Shown piece by piece: positions 1 to 8,856 of a stretch of DNA of 64,000 nucleotides; positions within the stretch are counted from its first letter, which is position 1; each line of letters begins with the position of its first letter. Under the pieces are notes generated by a model. It was not told the DNA's origin and made no database searches. It was given only the letters and a program-made list of their open reading frames with translations. The translations under genes and the position numbers were made by a program. The stretch is from an uncultured Actinomycetes bacterium (GTDB lineage Bacteria; Actinomycetota; UBA4738; HRBIN12). Where the stretch lies: positions 870,833 to 934,832 of the forward strand of contig CAVOIB010000002.1 in NCBI GenBank assembly GCA_963695975.1. Reading direction: 5' to 3'.

Positions 1-222
1 GAACGCTTCGCGCTCGATGCGGACGACCGTGAGGGAACCTTCCACAACACGTACGTCCTGCGGGACCTGGGCGGCTCGACGGAGGTCACGTTCCACATCG
101 TGTTCCCGGAGATGAAGGGGGCGGCGGCCATCTTGGCGCCGCCGCTGTTCGCCGTGATCGGGAAGTCGGACACGCGCAAGCGGATGCAGCTGCTCAAGGA
201 GAAGGTCGAAGCCTCCATCTGA
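1..222 (+). CDS. 3' end of a gene entering from the left edge; hypothetical protein (possibly SRPBCC-like, weak)
   Basis: Frame +1 is open from base 1 to TGA at 220-222. The tail ..TFHIVFPEMKGAAAILAPPLFAVIGKSDTRKRMQLLKEKVEASI has ordinary composition, not Arg/Pro/Gly saturated. The family guess is from memory only. Confidence 0.4.
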   Translation, partial: ERFALDADDREGTFHNTYVLRDLGGSTEVTFHIVFPEMKGAAAILAPPLFAVIGKSDTRKRMQLLKEKVEASI

Positions 223-291
223 ACCGGCGGGATCGGACGCATGCCCGTCGGGCGGGCGCCGTCGCCTCCAGGGGATCGAAGAGAGGGGACG

Positions 292-2454
292 ATGTCCGAG
301 CTCGGACGATCGGGGCGGGTGCTGGCTTCGGTCATCGCGGGGCTGATCATCGGCGCGGTCGAGGTGTTCGTCGCGATCGCGCTCGCCGCGCTCGTGTTCG
401 GCGGCTACCTCGCGCAGTTCCTGGCCGACGGCATCGGGCTGTACCTCGGCGGGGCCGCGATCGTGCTCGCGATCATGGCATGGAGGGCGGGCGCTCGCGG
501 GGTTGTGGGCGGTCTGCAGGAGGCGACGGCAGCCGTCCTGGCCGTCGTCGCCGCGACCACGGCGCTGACCACGTTCGGGGGCACGGAACGCGCCTTCATC
601 ACCGTGATCGCCGCGACCATGGTCGTGACGATCCTGACCGGGGTCGTGTTCGTGGTGCTCGGGACGCTCCAGCTGGGCAACCTGGTCCGGTTCGTGCCGT
701 ATCCGGTCGTCGGCGGGTTCATCGCGGGCACCGGATGGCTGCTCTTGAAGGGAGGCATCGGTGTTGCCCTGGGTGTGCAGCCTTTCATGCTCACGATCCA
801 CGACCAGCTGCAGAGGGACGCACTGCTGCGATGGGTGCCCGCGTTCGCGTTCGGGGTGCTCGTGCTGGTAGCCGTCCGGGTCGTGAAGCGGCCGCTCGTG
901 ATCCCCGTGCTCCTGGTGATCGGGGTGGTCGGGTTCGCGATCGGCATGGTCGTTTCGGGATCGTCGCTCGAGGAGGCTCGAGTAGGGGACTGGCTCCTCG
1001 GGCCGTTCTTCCCGGGTCCGTTGTGGCAGTCGTGGGCGGGGCGAGCCATCACCGGCGCGGACTGGATGGCGGTCCTCGGACAGGCCGTCGGCATCGCCAC
1101 GGTGGTGTTCGTCGCCGTGATCGGGGTCCTGTTCAACGTGGGCGGCACCGAGCTGATCCTGCACGGCGACCTCGACACGAACAGGGAGCTCCGCGACGCC
1201 GGCCTCGCGAACCTGATCTCGGGTCCGCTCGGTGGCATCCCCGGGTACCACGCGCTCAGCCTGACGTCGCTGGCGGAACGTATGAGCGTGAGCGCACGGA
1301 CCGCGGGGCTCGCCGCCGCCGCCGTCCCGCTCGCCGCCATCATCTTCGGTGCCTCACTCGTCGAGCTGATCCCGCGTGTGATCGTCGGCGGCGTGCTGGT
1401 GTTCCTCGGCCTCTCCTTCATCGTCGAGTGGGTGTGGGACGAGCGGCGGAGGCTGCCGGCCGTCGAGTACGTCGTCGTCCTGGTGATCCTCGCCGGGATC
1501 ATCGCGAAAGGGTTCCTGCCCGGCGTGGTGATCGGCCTGGTGATGGCCGTCGTGCTGTTCGCCGTCAGCTACGGGAGGATCGACCTGCTGCACGAGATCG
1601 CGTTCGGCGACACGTACCGCAGCAACGTCGACCGGCCGCCGGCGGAGCGTGCGGCGCTGCGCTCGATGGGCGACCGGGTCCAGATCCTGCGCGTGAACGG
1701 GTTCGTCTTCTTCGGCTCGGCGAACGCCCTGCTCGAGACGATCCGCAAGCGCGTGGAGGCGGGCCCCGTCAGGTTCCTGCTGCTCGACCTCCGGCGGGTG
1801 ACGGGGGTGGACGCCTCGGCGGTGGTGTCCTTCGTCAAGGTTATCCACCTGGCGGAGGCGAACGGGTCCGAGCTCGTGCTCGCGGGGGCATCGGAGCCGG
1901 TGCTCAAGCAGCTGCGGCGCGGCGGGGTCGTGCCCTCCGAGGGGATCGTCCGGTTCGAGCCAGATCTGGATCGCGGGCTCCAGCGCTGCGAGGACGTTCT
2001 GCTGGAGGAGGCCCGGGTCGAGCCGCCCGCGGGCTCGGGCCCGGACGACGTGCTCCGCGGCCTGCCGTCGCACCTGCTGGCCTATCTCGAACGCGAGTCG
2101 CTGCCCGAGGGCACGGTGCTGATCCGCCAGGACGAGCCGTCCGAGGATGTGTTCGTCCTGGAGTCAGGGCGGCTGCGGGTGGACCTGCAGACCCCCGAGG
2201 GAAGGCGGATCCGGCTGCGCACCGTGCTCCCCGGCGTGGTGGTCGGAGAGGTCGCGATGTACACGGGAGTCCCGCGCACGGCGGACGTCGTCGCAGAGGA
2301 GCCCAGCGTGGTCCTGCGTCTCCGTCGGTCGGCGATCGACCGGATGGAGTCCGAGGAGCCGGCGCTCGCCGCGGCGTTGCACCGATGGTTCGCCGGGATG
2401 CTGGCGGAGCGCCTGACCGACTCGCAGCGGGCCGTCGACGCCCTCTTCGATTAG
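292..2454 (+). CDS. SulP/SLC26-family anion transporter fused to STAS and a C-terminal cyclic-nucleotide-binding (CNB) domain, copy 1
   Basis: From ORF 241..2454. ATG at 292 is preferred because GAGAGGGGA lies upstream and the N-terminus MSELGRS.. aligns with the paralog's MSEQRRS... Polytopic core motifs: PYPVVGGFIAGTGWLLLKGG and GIPGYHALSLTSLAERM. STAS-like segment: RVQILRVNGFVFFGSANALL..FLLLDLRRVTGVDASAV. CNB phosphate-binding cassette: GEVAMYTGVPRTADV. Confidence 0.9.
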   Translation: MSELGRSGRVLASVIAGLIIGAVEVFVAIALAALVFGGYLAQFLADGIGLYLGGAAIVLAIMAWRAGARGVVGGLQEATAAVLAVVAATTALTTFGGTERAFITVIAATMVVTILTGVVFVVLGTLQLGNLVRFVPYPVVGGFIAGTGWLLLKGGIGVALGVQPFMLTIHDQLQRDALLRWVPAFAFGVLVLVAVRVVKRPLVIPVLLVIGVVGFAIGMVVSGSSLEEARVGDWLLGPFFPGPLWQSWAGRAITGADWMAVLGQAVGIATVVFVAVIGVLFNVGGTELILHGDLDTNRELRDAGLANLISGPLGGIPGYHALSLTSLAERMSVSARTAGLAAAAVPLAAIIFGASLVELIPRVIVGGVLVFLGLSFIVEWVWDERRRLPAVEYVVVLVILAGIIAKGFLPGVVIGLVMAVVLFAVSYGRIDLLHEIAFGDTYRSNVDRPPAERAALRSMGDRVQILRVNGFVFFGSANALLETIRKRVEAGPVRFLLLDLRRVTGVDASAVVSFVKVIHLAEANGSELVLAGASEPVLKQLRRGGVVPSEGIVRFEPDLDRGLQRCEDVLLEEARVEPPAGSGPDDVLRGLPSHLLAYLERESLPEGTVLIRQDEPSEDVFVLESGRLRVDLQTPEGRRIRLRTVLPGVVVGEVAMYTGVPRTADVVAEEPSVVLRLRRSAIDRMESEEPALAAALHRWFAGMLAERLTDSQRAVDALFD

Positions 2455-2475
2455 ACGTTCGGAAGGAGGAGACCG

Positions 2476-4674
2476 TTGTCCGAGCAGCGACGATCCGAGG
2501 GGTGGCTTCCCTCGCTCGCCGCGGGCGTGATCATCGGCGCCGTCGAGTGCGTCCTGGCGATCGCGTTCGCCGCGTTCGTGTTCGGCGGCGTGCTCGTCGG
2601 TCGCCTGGGCGACGCCATCGGTCTGTACCTGGTCGCGGCAGCGCTGACGCTCGCGATCCTGGCCTGGAGGGCGGGTCGCCGGGGCGTGGTGGGAAGCGTG
2701 CAGGATGCGGCGGCGGCCGTGCTCGCGGTCGTGGCCGCGGCCACGGCGGCGAAGGCGGCGAACATCGCCTTGGTCGCCCAGGCCACGGCCGTCGGCACGT
2801 TCGAGAAGCCCGACGTCTTCCTCACCGTCATCGCCACGACCCTGGTCGTGACGGTCCTCTGCGGCGTCGTCTTCTTGGTCCTCGGGACCTTCCGGCTCGG
2901 CAACCTGGTCCGGTTCGTGCCGTACCCGGTCGTCGGCGGCTTCCTCGCCGGCACCGGGTGGCTGCTCCTGAAGGGCGGCATCTACGTCGCCTCCGGCGTG
3001 CAGATCCACCTGCGCACGACCGGCCTCATGATCGACTCGGCGACGCTCGAGCACTGGCTCCCGGCATTCGCGTTCGGTGTGATCCTGCTCCTCGCCGTCC
3101 GGCTGGTGAACAAGCCTCTGGTCATCCCGATCGTGCTCGCGGCCGGCCTCGCGCTGTTCGCTATCGGCATGCTCGTCACGGGTTCTTCGATCGACGCCGC
3201 ACGGCACGGGAGATGGCTGCTCGGGCCGTTCGAGTCGGCGCGGTTGTGGCAGCCGTGGACCCTGCGTGCGCTCGGCGGGGCGGACTGGTCGGCGGTGTTC
3301 GGACAGTGGGCGGGGATCGTGACCGCGGTGCTCGTCGCCTCGATCGCGATCCTGTTCAACATCAGCGGGAGCGAGATCGTGCTGCACAAGGACCTCGACA
3401 CCAACAGGGAGCTCCGCGACGCCGGTGTCCTGAACGTCATCTCCGGCGCGATGGGCGGCATCCCCGGCTATCACGCGCTCAGTCTGACGGCGCTCGCGGA
3501 GCGCATGAGCGTGAGCGCGCGGACAGCCGGCCTGATCGCCGCGTTCGTCCCGCTCGCCGCCGTCGTGTTCGGCGCGTCGGTGATCGAGCTGATCCCGCGC
3601 CTGATCGTCGGCGGCGTGCTGGTGTTCCTGGGCCTCGCCTTCATCGTCGAGTGGGTGTGGGACAAGCGCCGGACCCTGCCGATCTTCGAGTACGTCATCG
3701 TCCTGGTGATCCTCGCGGGGATCATCGTGCAGGGGTTCCTGCCCGGCGTGGTGCTCGGCCTGGTGCTCGCGGTCGTGCTGTTCGCCGTCAACTACGGCCG
3801 GATCGAACTGGTGCAGGAGGTCGCGTTCGGGGACACCTACCAGAGCAACGTCGACCGGCCGCCCGCCGAGCGCGGGGCCCTGCGAACGATGGGCGAGCGG
3901 GTCCAGATCCTGCGCGTGCACGGGTTCGTCTTCTTCGGGTCGACGAGCGGTCTGCTCGAGCGGATCCGCAAGCGGGTCGAGGTTACTCCGCCGCGGTTCC
4001 TGCTGCTCGACTTCCGTCGCGTGACGGGCGTGGACGCCTCGGCGGTGATCTCCCTGGTCAAGGTCGCGCACCTCGCGGAGGCGAAGGGGTTCGAGGTCGT
4101 GTTCACGGGGGCGTCGGAGACCGTTCGAGGACAGCTGGCCCACGGCGGCGTGCTGGCGTCGGAGGGCATCGTCCGGTTCGAGCCGGATCTGGATCGCGGC
4201 CTGCAGCGGTGCGAGGACGTTCTGTTAGAGGAGTCCTGGTCCGATGGTTCGGCCGTGGAGGGGAACGAGGCGCTCGTGGACCTGCCGCCGCATCTGTGGC
4301 CTTACCTCGAGCGCATGCCTATCTCGGAGGGCACCGTGTTGATACGTCAAGACGACCCGCCCGACGACGTGTTCGTGCTGGAGTCGGGCCGACTAAGCGT
4401 GGAGATGGTGACGCCCGAGGGCATGCGGATGCGGCTGCGCGCGGTGCGTCCGGGCGTGGTGGTCGGCGAGGTCGCGATGTACACCGGCGTTCCGCGCACG
4501 GCCGACGTGGTGGCCGAGACGCCGAGCGTTGTCCTGCGCCTCAGCCGGGCGTCGATCGAGCGGATGGAGTCCGAGGAGCCCGAGGTGGCCGCCGCGCTGC
4601 ACCGATGGCTCGCGAGGACGCTCGCCGAACGGGTGAGCGTCACGTTGCGGGCGTACGACGCCCTCCTCGACTGA
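2476..4674 (+). CDS. SulP/SLC26-family anion transporter fused to STAS and CNB domain, copy 2 (tandem paralog)
   Basis: TTG start at 2476, preceded by GGAAGGAGGA (2461-2470), 21 nt after the stop of copy 1. It has the same three-module layout. Long residue blocks are identical to copy 1: LGNLVRFVPYPVVGGF, DLDTNRELRDAG, SEGIVRFEPDLDRGLQRCEDVLLEE, GVVVGEVAMYTGVPRTADVVAE. Confidence 0.9.
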   Translation: MSEQRRSEGWLPSLAAGVIIGAVECVLAIAFAAFVFGGVLVGRLGDAIGLYLVAAALTLAILAWRAGRRGVVGSVQDAAAAVLAVVAAATAAKAANIALVAQATAVGTFEKPDVFLTVIATTLVVTVLCGVVFLVLGTFRLGNLVRFVPYPVVGGFLAGTGWLLLKGGIYVASGVQIHLRTTGLMIDSATLEHWLPAFAFGVILLLAVRLVNKPLVIPIVLAAGLALFAIGMLVTGSSIDAARHGRWLLGPFESARLWQPWTLRALGGADWSAVFGQWAGIVTAVLVASIAILFNISGSEIVLHKDLDTNRELRDAGVLNVISGAMGGIPGYHALSLTALAERMSVSARTAGLIAAFVPLAAVVFGASVIELIPRLIVGGVLVFLGLAFIVEWVWDKRRTLPIFEYVIVLVILAGIIVQGFLPGVVLGLVLAVVLFAVNYGRIELVQEVAFGDTYQSNVDRPPAERGALRTMGERVQILRVHGFVFFGSTSGLLERIRKRVEVTPPRFLLLDFRRVTGVDASAVISLVKVAHLAEAKGFEVVFTGASETVRGQLAHGGVLASEGIVRFEPDLDRGLQRCEDVLLEESWSDGSAVEGNEALVDLPPHLWPYLERMPISEGTVLIRQDDPPDDVFVLESGRLSVEMVTPEGMRMRLRAVRPGVVVGEVAMYTGVPRTADVVAETPSVVLRLSRASIERMESEEPEVAAALHRWLARTLAERVSVTLRAYDALLD

Positions 4675-4675
4675 T

Positions 4676-5086
4676 TCAGAAGTCGCGGCGCCCGTCGAAG
4701 TGGGTGGCGACCTCGGGCCGGGTCAGCTGGTAGAGCGCGATCCGATGACCGCCGGGCGAGCGGAACGAACAGCAGGGACCGTGCGGGATCTCGAACGTGT
4801 GCTCGCTGACCCATCCCGACGCCTCCAGTTCGGCCAACGTGGCGTCGAGGTCGGCCACGCGGAACACGAGGACGGGGCTCTCGCCTTCCAGGTGATCGGC
4901 GAGCAGGAGCCTCGGCGAGTCGGGCGCAAGCTCGATCGCGGCCACCCGAGCACCCATCCCTTCGATCGCGAAGATCACACGACCTCCGAGCGTCTCGGTG
5001 AAGAACACCATGTCGGCGGCCACATCGCGGCTGGGGATATAGAGGAAGTCGAGTCGCTCGAAGGGCGGAGCCGTTCCCTCAGGCAT
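4676..5086 (-). CDS. VOC-family protein (glyoxalase / bleomycin-resistance / dioxygenase fold)
   Basis: 136-aa ORF with VOC-like size and pattern (FLYIPSRDVAADMVFFTETLGGRV, FRSPGGHRIALYQ). Its stop lies 1 nt from the stop of the convergent transporter gene. Confidence 0.75.
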   Translation of the reverse strand: MPEGTAPPFERLDFLYIPSRDVAADMVFFTETLGGRVIFAIEGMGARVAAIELAPDSPRLLLADHLEGESPVLVFRVADLDATLAELEASGWVSEHTFEIPHGPCCSFRSPGGHRIALYQLTRPEVATHFDGRRDF

Positions 5087-5194
5087 CCCGCCACACTACG
5101 GGACCGCGATCGTGACAACCGAAGCCCGACCGACCTGCAAGGATGTCGTCGATCGTCGTACCCGCGGAGGCGGGCGTGAGCGAAGGGGGGCGGC

Positions 5195-6409
5195 ATGACG
5201 CGAACGGTCTTCACCGGTGGACGGGTGTTCGACGGAACCGGGGCGGCGATCTCGGATGCCGACGTCGCGATCCAGGACGGCCTGATCGTCGACGTCGGTG
5301 CCGGCCTGGACGGCGACGAAGGGGTCGACTGTTCCGGGAAGGCGCTCTTGCCCGGTCTGTTCGACTGCCACGTGCACCTCGCGTTCCGGTACGAGGACTT
5401 CGATGACGCCAGGGTGATGAACGAACCGTTCTCGATGCCGTTCTTCCGGATGGCGGAGAACCTGCGGGTCACGCTCGCCCTCGGCATCACGACCGTCCGA
5501 GACGCTGCGGGCGCCGACGCGGGTCTCAGGCTGGCGGTCCAGGAGGGGACGCTCGTCGGTCCACGGATGCAGATCAGCGTCAACATGCTCTCGATGACGG
5601 GAGGCCACAGCGACGCCTGGCTCCCGAGCGGCGCGGTCGGTCCGTGGGGCGTGACGTTCCCTGGCATGCCTTCCGGCGTCTGCGACGGCGTCGAGGGCGT
5701 CGCTCGGAAGGTGCGCGAGATGATCCGCGCCGGTGCCGACGTGATCAAGATCGCGTCCTCCGGCGGGTTCCTGTCACCGAGCGACGATCCGCGTCAGCCG
5801 AACTTCTCGCAGGCCGAGGTCGACGCGATCGTCGCGACGGCCGCCGATCTCGGATGTTGGGTGATGTCGCACGCGCACGGCGCGGAGGGGATCAAGCGCG
5901 CGATCCGCGCCGGGGTCCGCTCGATCGACCACGGTACGTTCCTCGACGAAGAGGCCGTCTCGATGATGGTCGAGCGCGGGACCTGGCTGGTGCCCACGCT
6001 CACGGCGGGCGACACGACCGATGCGCTCGCGGAGGATCCCCGGATCCCCGACGTGGTCCGCGAGAAGCTGCGCGGGCTCGGACGGCCCGAGCTCGATGCG
6101 TTCCGGATGGCGGCGGATGCCGGCGTGAAGATCGCGATGGGCACGGATTGTCCGGTGTCCCCGCACGGCACCAACCTGAACGAGCTGCGCCACATGACGG
6201 AGCACGGACTCACCCCGGAGCGCGCGCTCGTCGCGGCCACGTCGAGCGCCGCCGAGCTCATGGGACTGCAGGACGAGCTCGGCACGCTCGCGCCGGGCAA
6301 GCGCGCCGACGTGGTCGTGGTCGACGGCGATCCGTTCGCGTTCTCGACGCTTCCCGAGCGCGTCGTCCAGGTCTGGAAGGACGGCGCCAAGGTCGTGCCG
6401 TTCGCTTGA
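5195..6409 (+). CDS. Amidohydrolase-family metal-dependent hydrolase
   Basis: 404-aa ORF with GAAGGGGGG upstream of the ATG. N-terminus reads GGRVFDGTG..DVAIQDGLIVDVG. The metal-ligand motif LFDCHVHLAF is present, with later HAHG, DHG and GTD motifs typical of the amidohydrolase superfamily. Confidence 0.85.
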   Translation: MTRTVFTGGRVFDGTGAAISDADVAIQDGLIVDVGAGLDGDEGVDCSGKALLPGLFDCHVHLAFRYEDFDDARVMNEPFSMPFFRMAENLRVTLALGITTVRDAAGADAGLRLAVQEGTLVGPRMQISVNMLSMTGGHSDAWLPSGAVGPWGVTFPGMPSGVCDGVEGVARKVREMIRAGADVIKIASSGGFLSPSDDPRQPNFSQAEVDAIVATAADLGCWVMSHAHGAEGIKRAIRAGVRSIDHGTFLDEEAVSMMVERGTWLVPTLTAGDTTDALAEDPRIPDVVREKLRGLGRPELDAFRMAADAGVKIAMGTDCPVSPHGTNLNELRHMTEHGLTPERALVAATSSAAELMGLQDELGTLAPGKRADVVVVDGDPFAFSTLPERVVQVWKDGAKVVPFA

Positions 6410-6474
6410 CGCTCGGTTCGCGGATTTCCGCCGATGGGCGTACGATCGGTGGGACTCCGAGGGAGGGAGGTTCC

Positions 6475-6765
6475 ATGGCCAGCTACGTCAGTCTGCTCAA
6501 CTGGACCGACGAAGGGGTAAAGCACATCGCCGGTACGGTGGACAGGGCAGAGGCGGCGAAGAAGATGGTCGCCGACATGGGCGGCACGCTCGAGGTCTAC
6601 TGGACGATGGGTCAGTTCGACATGGTCGCGATCTCGGAGTTCTCCGACGATGAGACCGCGGTCGCGTTCCTCGCCCAGCTCGGGTCGTTGGGCAACGTCC
6701 GCTCGCAGACGATGCGCGCGTTCGACGCTGAGGGTGTTCGGGCGATCATGTCGAGCAAGATGTGA
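6475..6765 (+). CDS. GYD-domain protein
   Basis: 96-aa ORF with ATG at 6475 preceded by GGGAGGGAGG. The sequence MASYVSLLNWTDEGVKHIAGTVDRAEAAKKMVADMGGTLEVYWTMGQFDMVAI matches the GYD-family pattern as I remember it. Confidence 0.7.
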   Translation: MASYVSLLNWTDEGVKHIAGTVDRAEAAKKMVADMGGTLEVYWTMGQFDMVAISEFSDDETAVAFLAQLGSLGNVRSQTMRAFDAEGVRAIMSSKM

Positions 6766-6801
6766 CCGCTACCGTCACACGGACGGCACGTTGCGCGTGG
6801 T

Positions 6802-7248
6802 TCAGCCGGGCTTGAACGCGGGCAAGCCGTCGTCGGGCTCGGACAAGATCTTCGGTTCGGCGTGGAGCAGTCCCGCCAGGGTCGACGACGCTCGGTTGAC
6901 GCCGTCCCGATCCCACGACTCGACCACGTCCGCGACGCGGCCGTCCCCGTCGACGACGACGACGGTCGGGGCCGAAGCGATGCCGTAGGCGTCGGAGGCC
7001 GTGTACGGCGGCAGGTCCGGCACCTGCGGGAACCGCCATGCATAGGTGGCGGCGAACGCGTCCAAGTCCTCGGGTGGATCCTGTCCCACGCCGACGACCG
7101 CTCCCTGGTACGCGTCGCCGAGCCGTGCGAGCGGTGGCCCGGCCATCTGGGTCACGGAACACGTGACCTTGTAGAAGACCAGTGCGTGCGGTCCGGCCAC
7201 GGCGACGCCGTCGACGGCCGGTGCCTCGGATCCAACCGGGATGGCCAT
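6802..7248 (-). CDS. Thioredoxin-fold redoxin (TlpA/peroxiredoxin-like) with C-x-x-T in place of C-x-x-C
   Basis: 148-aa ORF. It shows the redoxin pattern G.EAP..........LVFYKVTCSVTQ....L..L......VVGV..D....L..F, followed by YGI.S.PTVVVVDGDG.V. Confidence 0.7.
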   Translation of the reverse strand: MAIPVGSEAPAVDGVAVAGPHALVFYKVTCSVTQMAGPPLARLGDAYQGAVVGVGQDPPEDLDAFAATYAWRFPQVPDLPPYTASDAYGIASAPTVVVVDGDGRVADVVESWDRDGVNRASSTLAGLLHAEPKILSEPDDGLPAFKPG

Positions 7249-7342
7249 CGGGAGTATGCTACGCGACCCGGCGAAGCGTGGCGGCGCAACCCGTCCCAGG
7301 AAGCTTCGGTCAGAGCCAGGTTAGAACGAAAGGGGGTTCCAC

Positions 7343-7873
7343 GTGCTCGCGAGCGACACATTCATGGTGGTGTTCCGGATCGTGCACATCCTGGCTGGCG
7401 TGCTGTGGGTCGGATCGGTGTTCCTGTTCGCGATGTTCGTGAGCCCGAGCGCGGCCGCCATCGCGCCCGCAGGCGCGCCGTTCATGGCCGAGCTGTTGGG
7501 GAAGCGGCGGCTGGTCGACCGCATCATCATGATCGCGATGATCTCGGTGGCCGGCGGGCTCGTCCTGTACTGGCACGACTGGCATCTCTACGGGAGCTTC
7601 GGCGACTGGATCGGGTCGAGGTTCGGCGCGACGCTCACGGTGGGGATGGTGGCTGCGCTGACCGCTCTGGGGATCGGCTTGTACGGCACGCGTCCGAACG
7701 TGCGCCGGCTGCTCGCGCTCGGCAAGCAGGTGGCGGAGTCGGGCGGCCCGCCGACACCGGAGGTGGCGGCCGAGATGGGCGCGATCCAGGGACGCCTCAA
7801 GGTGCTCGCCCGGATGAGCCTGGGCCTGCTGATCCTGGCGGTGCTCGCCATGTCGACCGCGCGCTACCTCTGA
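7343..7873 (+). CDS. Hypothetical 4-TM integral membrane protein
   Basis: 176-aa ORF with a GTG start after AAAGGGGG. It has four clear hydrophobic spans (e.g. FRIVHILAGVLWVGSVFLFAMFV). I recognise no catalytic motif. Confidence 0.6.
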   Translation: MLASDTFMVVFRIVHILAGVLWVGSVFLFAMFVSPSAAAIAPAGAPFMAELLGKRRLVDRIIMIAMISVAGGLVLYWHDWHLYGSFGDWIGSRFGATLTVGMVAALTALGIGLYGTRPNVRRLLALGKQVAESGGPPTPEVAAEMGAIQGRLKVLARMSLGLLILAVLAMSTARYL

Positions 7874-7881
7874 CGATCTCC

Positions 7882-8832
7882 CTACGGCACGGGTGGCGGA
7901 GCCGACGCCGTCGCGGCATCGAGTTCGGCCAGATCGGCGTCGCTCAGCTCGACGGCCGTCGCGCCCGCGTTGTCGAGGGCGTGCGCGACGTTCGACGTGC
8001 CGCAGATCGCCGACGTGACCCCCGGCTGGTGCAGCACCCATGCGATCGCGACCTGCGCGATCGTCGCACCCAGGCGTGTCGCCAGCGGCCGGAGCAGGTC
8101 GACGAACGCGATGCTCCGGTCGAGCCGGTCGCCCGCGAACAGACGTCGGTAGAACCGCGAGTCGTGCCATTCGGGCCCCCACTGCTCGTGACCCGTCTCA
8201 CGGTTGAGGGCACCGGTGAGCACGCCACTCGCCAATGGCTCGTAGATCACCGCGGCGATCCCCAGCTCACCGCAGCGCGCGATCACCGGACGCTCCTCCT
8301 CGTGATCGATCATCGACAGGCCCTGCTGGATCACGTCGACGGGCCGGGTGGCATGGCAGGTCTCGATGTCCGCGATCTCGTGGTTCGAGAGGCCGATCGC
8401 GCGGACGAGTCCGTCGTCCACGAGGCGAGACATGCCGCCCCAGGCCTCCGCGAGCGGCACCCCCCCATCCACGTCGGGCCAGTGGATCACGTAGATGTCG
8501 ATCCGATCGGTGCGGAGACGCTGCAGGCTCGCTCGACAGGCGCCGGCGACCTGCTCGGGGCGCAGGCCGGATCCATCCGGTGCCGGCGCGACCTTGGTGG
8601 CGACGACGAGCTCGTCGCGGATGCCGGTGATCGCCTCCCCGATCGCCGTCTCGTTCCGCGAATCGAGGTACACCTCGGCGGTGTCGAGCCAGTTCACGCC
8701 GGCATCGAGCGATGCCGTGACGATCTCGCGTGCCCGCTCGATCGAGAGGTTCTCGCCGTCTCCGAGCTCGAGTCCACCGAGTCCGATCGCGGAGACCTCG
8801 ACCCCTGACGCGCCCAGCGCTCGCGACTGCAT
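7882..8832 (-). CDS. Aldo/keto reductase
   Basis: 316-aa ORF. The AKR-like N-terminus is LGASGVEVSAIGLGG. Other AKR-like segments are DTAEVY, IDIYVIHWPD and AIGLSNH. Confidence 0.85.
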   Translation of the reverse strand: MQSRALGASGVEVSAIGLGGLELGDGENLSIERAREIVTASLDAGVNWLDTAEVYLDSRNETAIGEAITGIRDELVVATKVAPAPDGSGLRPEQVAGACRASLQRLRTDRIDIYVIHWPDVDGGVPLAEAWGGMSRLVDDGLVRAIGLSNHEIADIETCHATRPVDVIQQGLSMIDHEEERPVIARCGELGIAAVIYEPLASGVLTGALNRETGHEQWGPEWHDSRFYRRLFAGDRLDRSIAFVDLLRPLATRLGATIAQVAIAWVLHQPGVTSAICGTSNVAHALDNAGATAVELSDADLAELDAATASAPPPVP

Positions 8833-8856
8833 CGGCTCCGCTCCAGGCTCCGCTGG

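Noticed and set aside
2164-4143. 659-aa antisense ORF opposite transporter copy 2, with similar antisense ORFs at 405..1502 and 1354..2073
   Set aside because: The translations are low-complexity and Arg/Asp/His/Pro-rich with no motifs, and they are fully antisense to a confident gene.
480-4733. 1417-aa ORF on the plus strand spanning both transporter genes in another frame
   Set aside because: The product is almost entirely Arg/Gly/Pro/Ala/Asp (RGRRRRDHGADHVRGH...). It lies out of frame over two well-supported genes that have clear motifs. This is the typical open-frame artefact of very GC-rich DNA.
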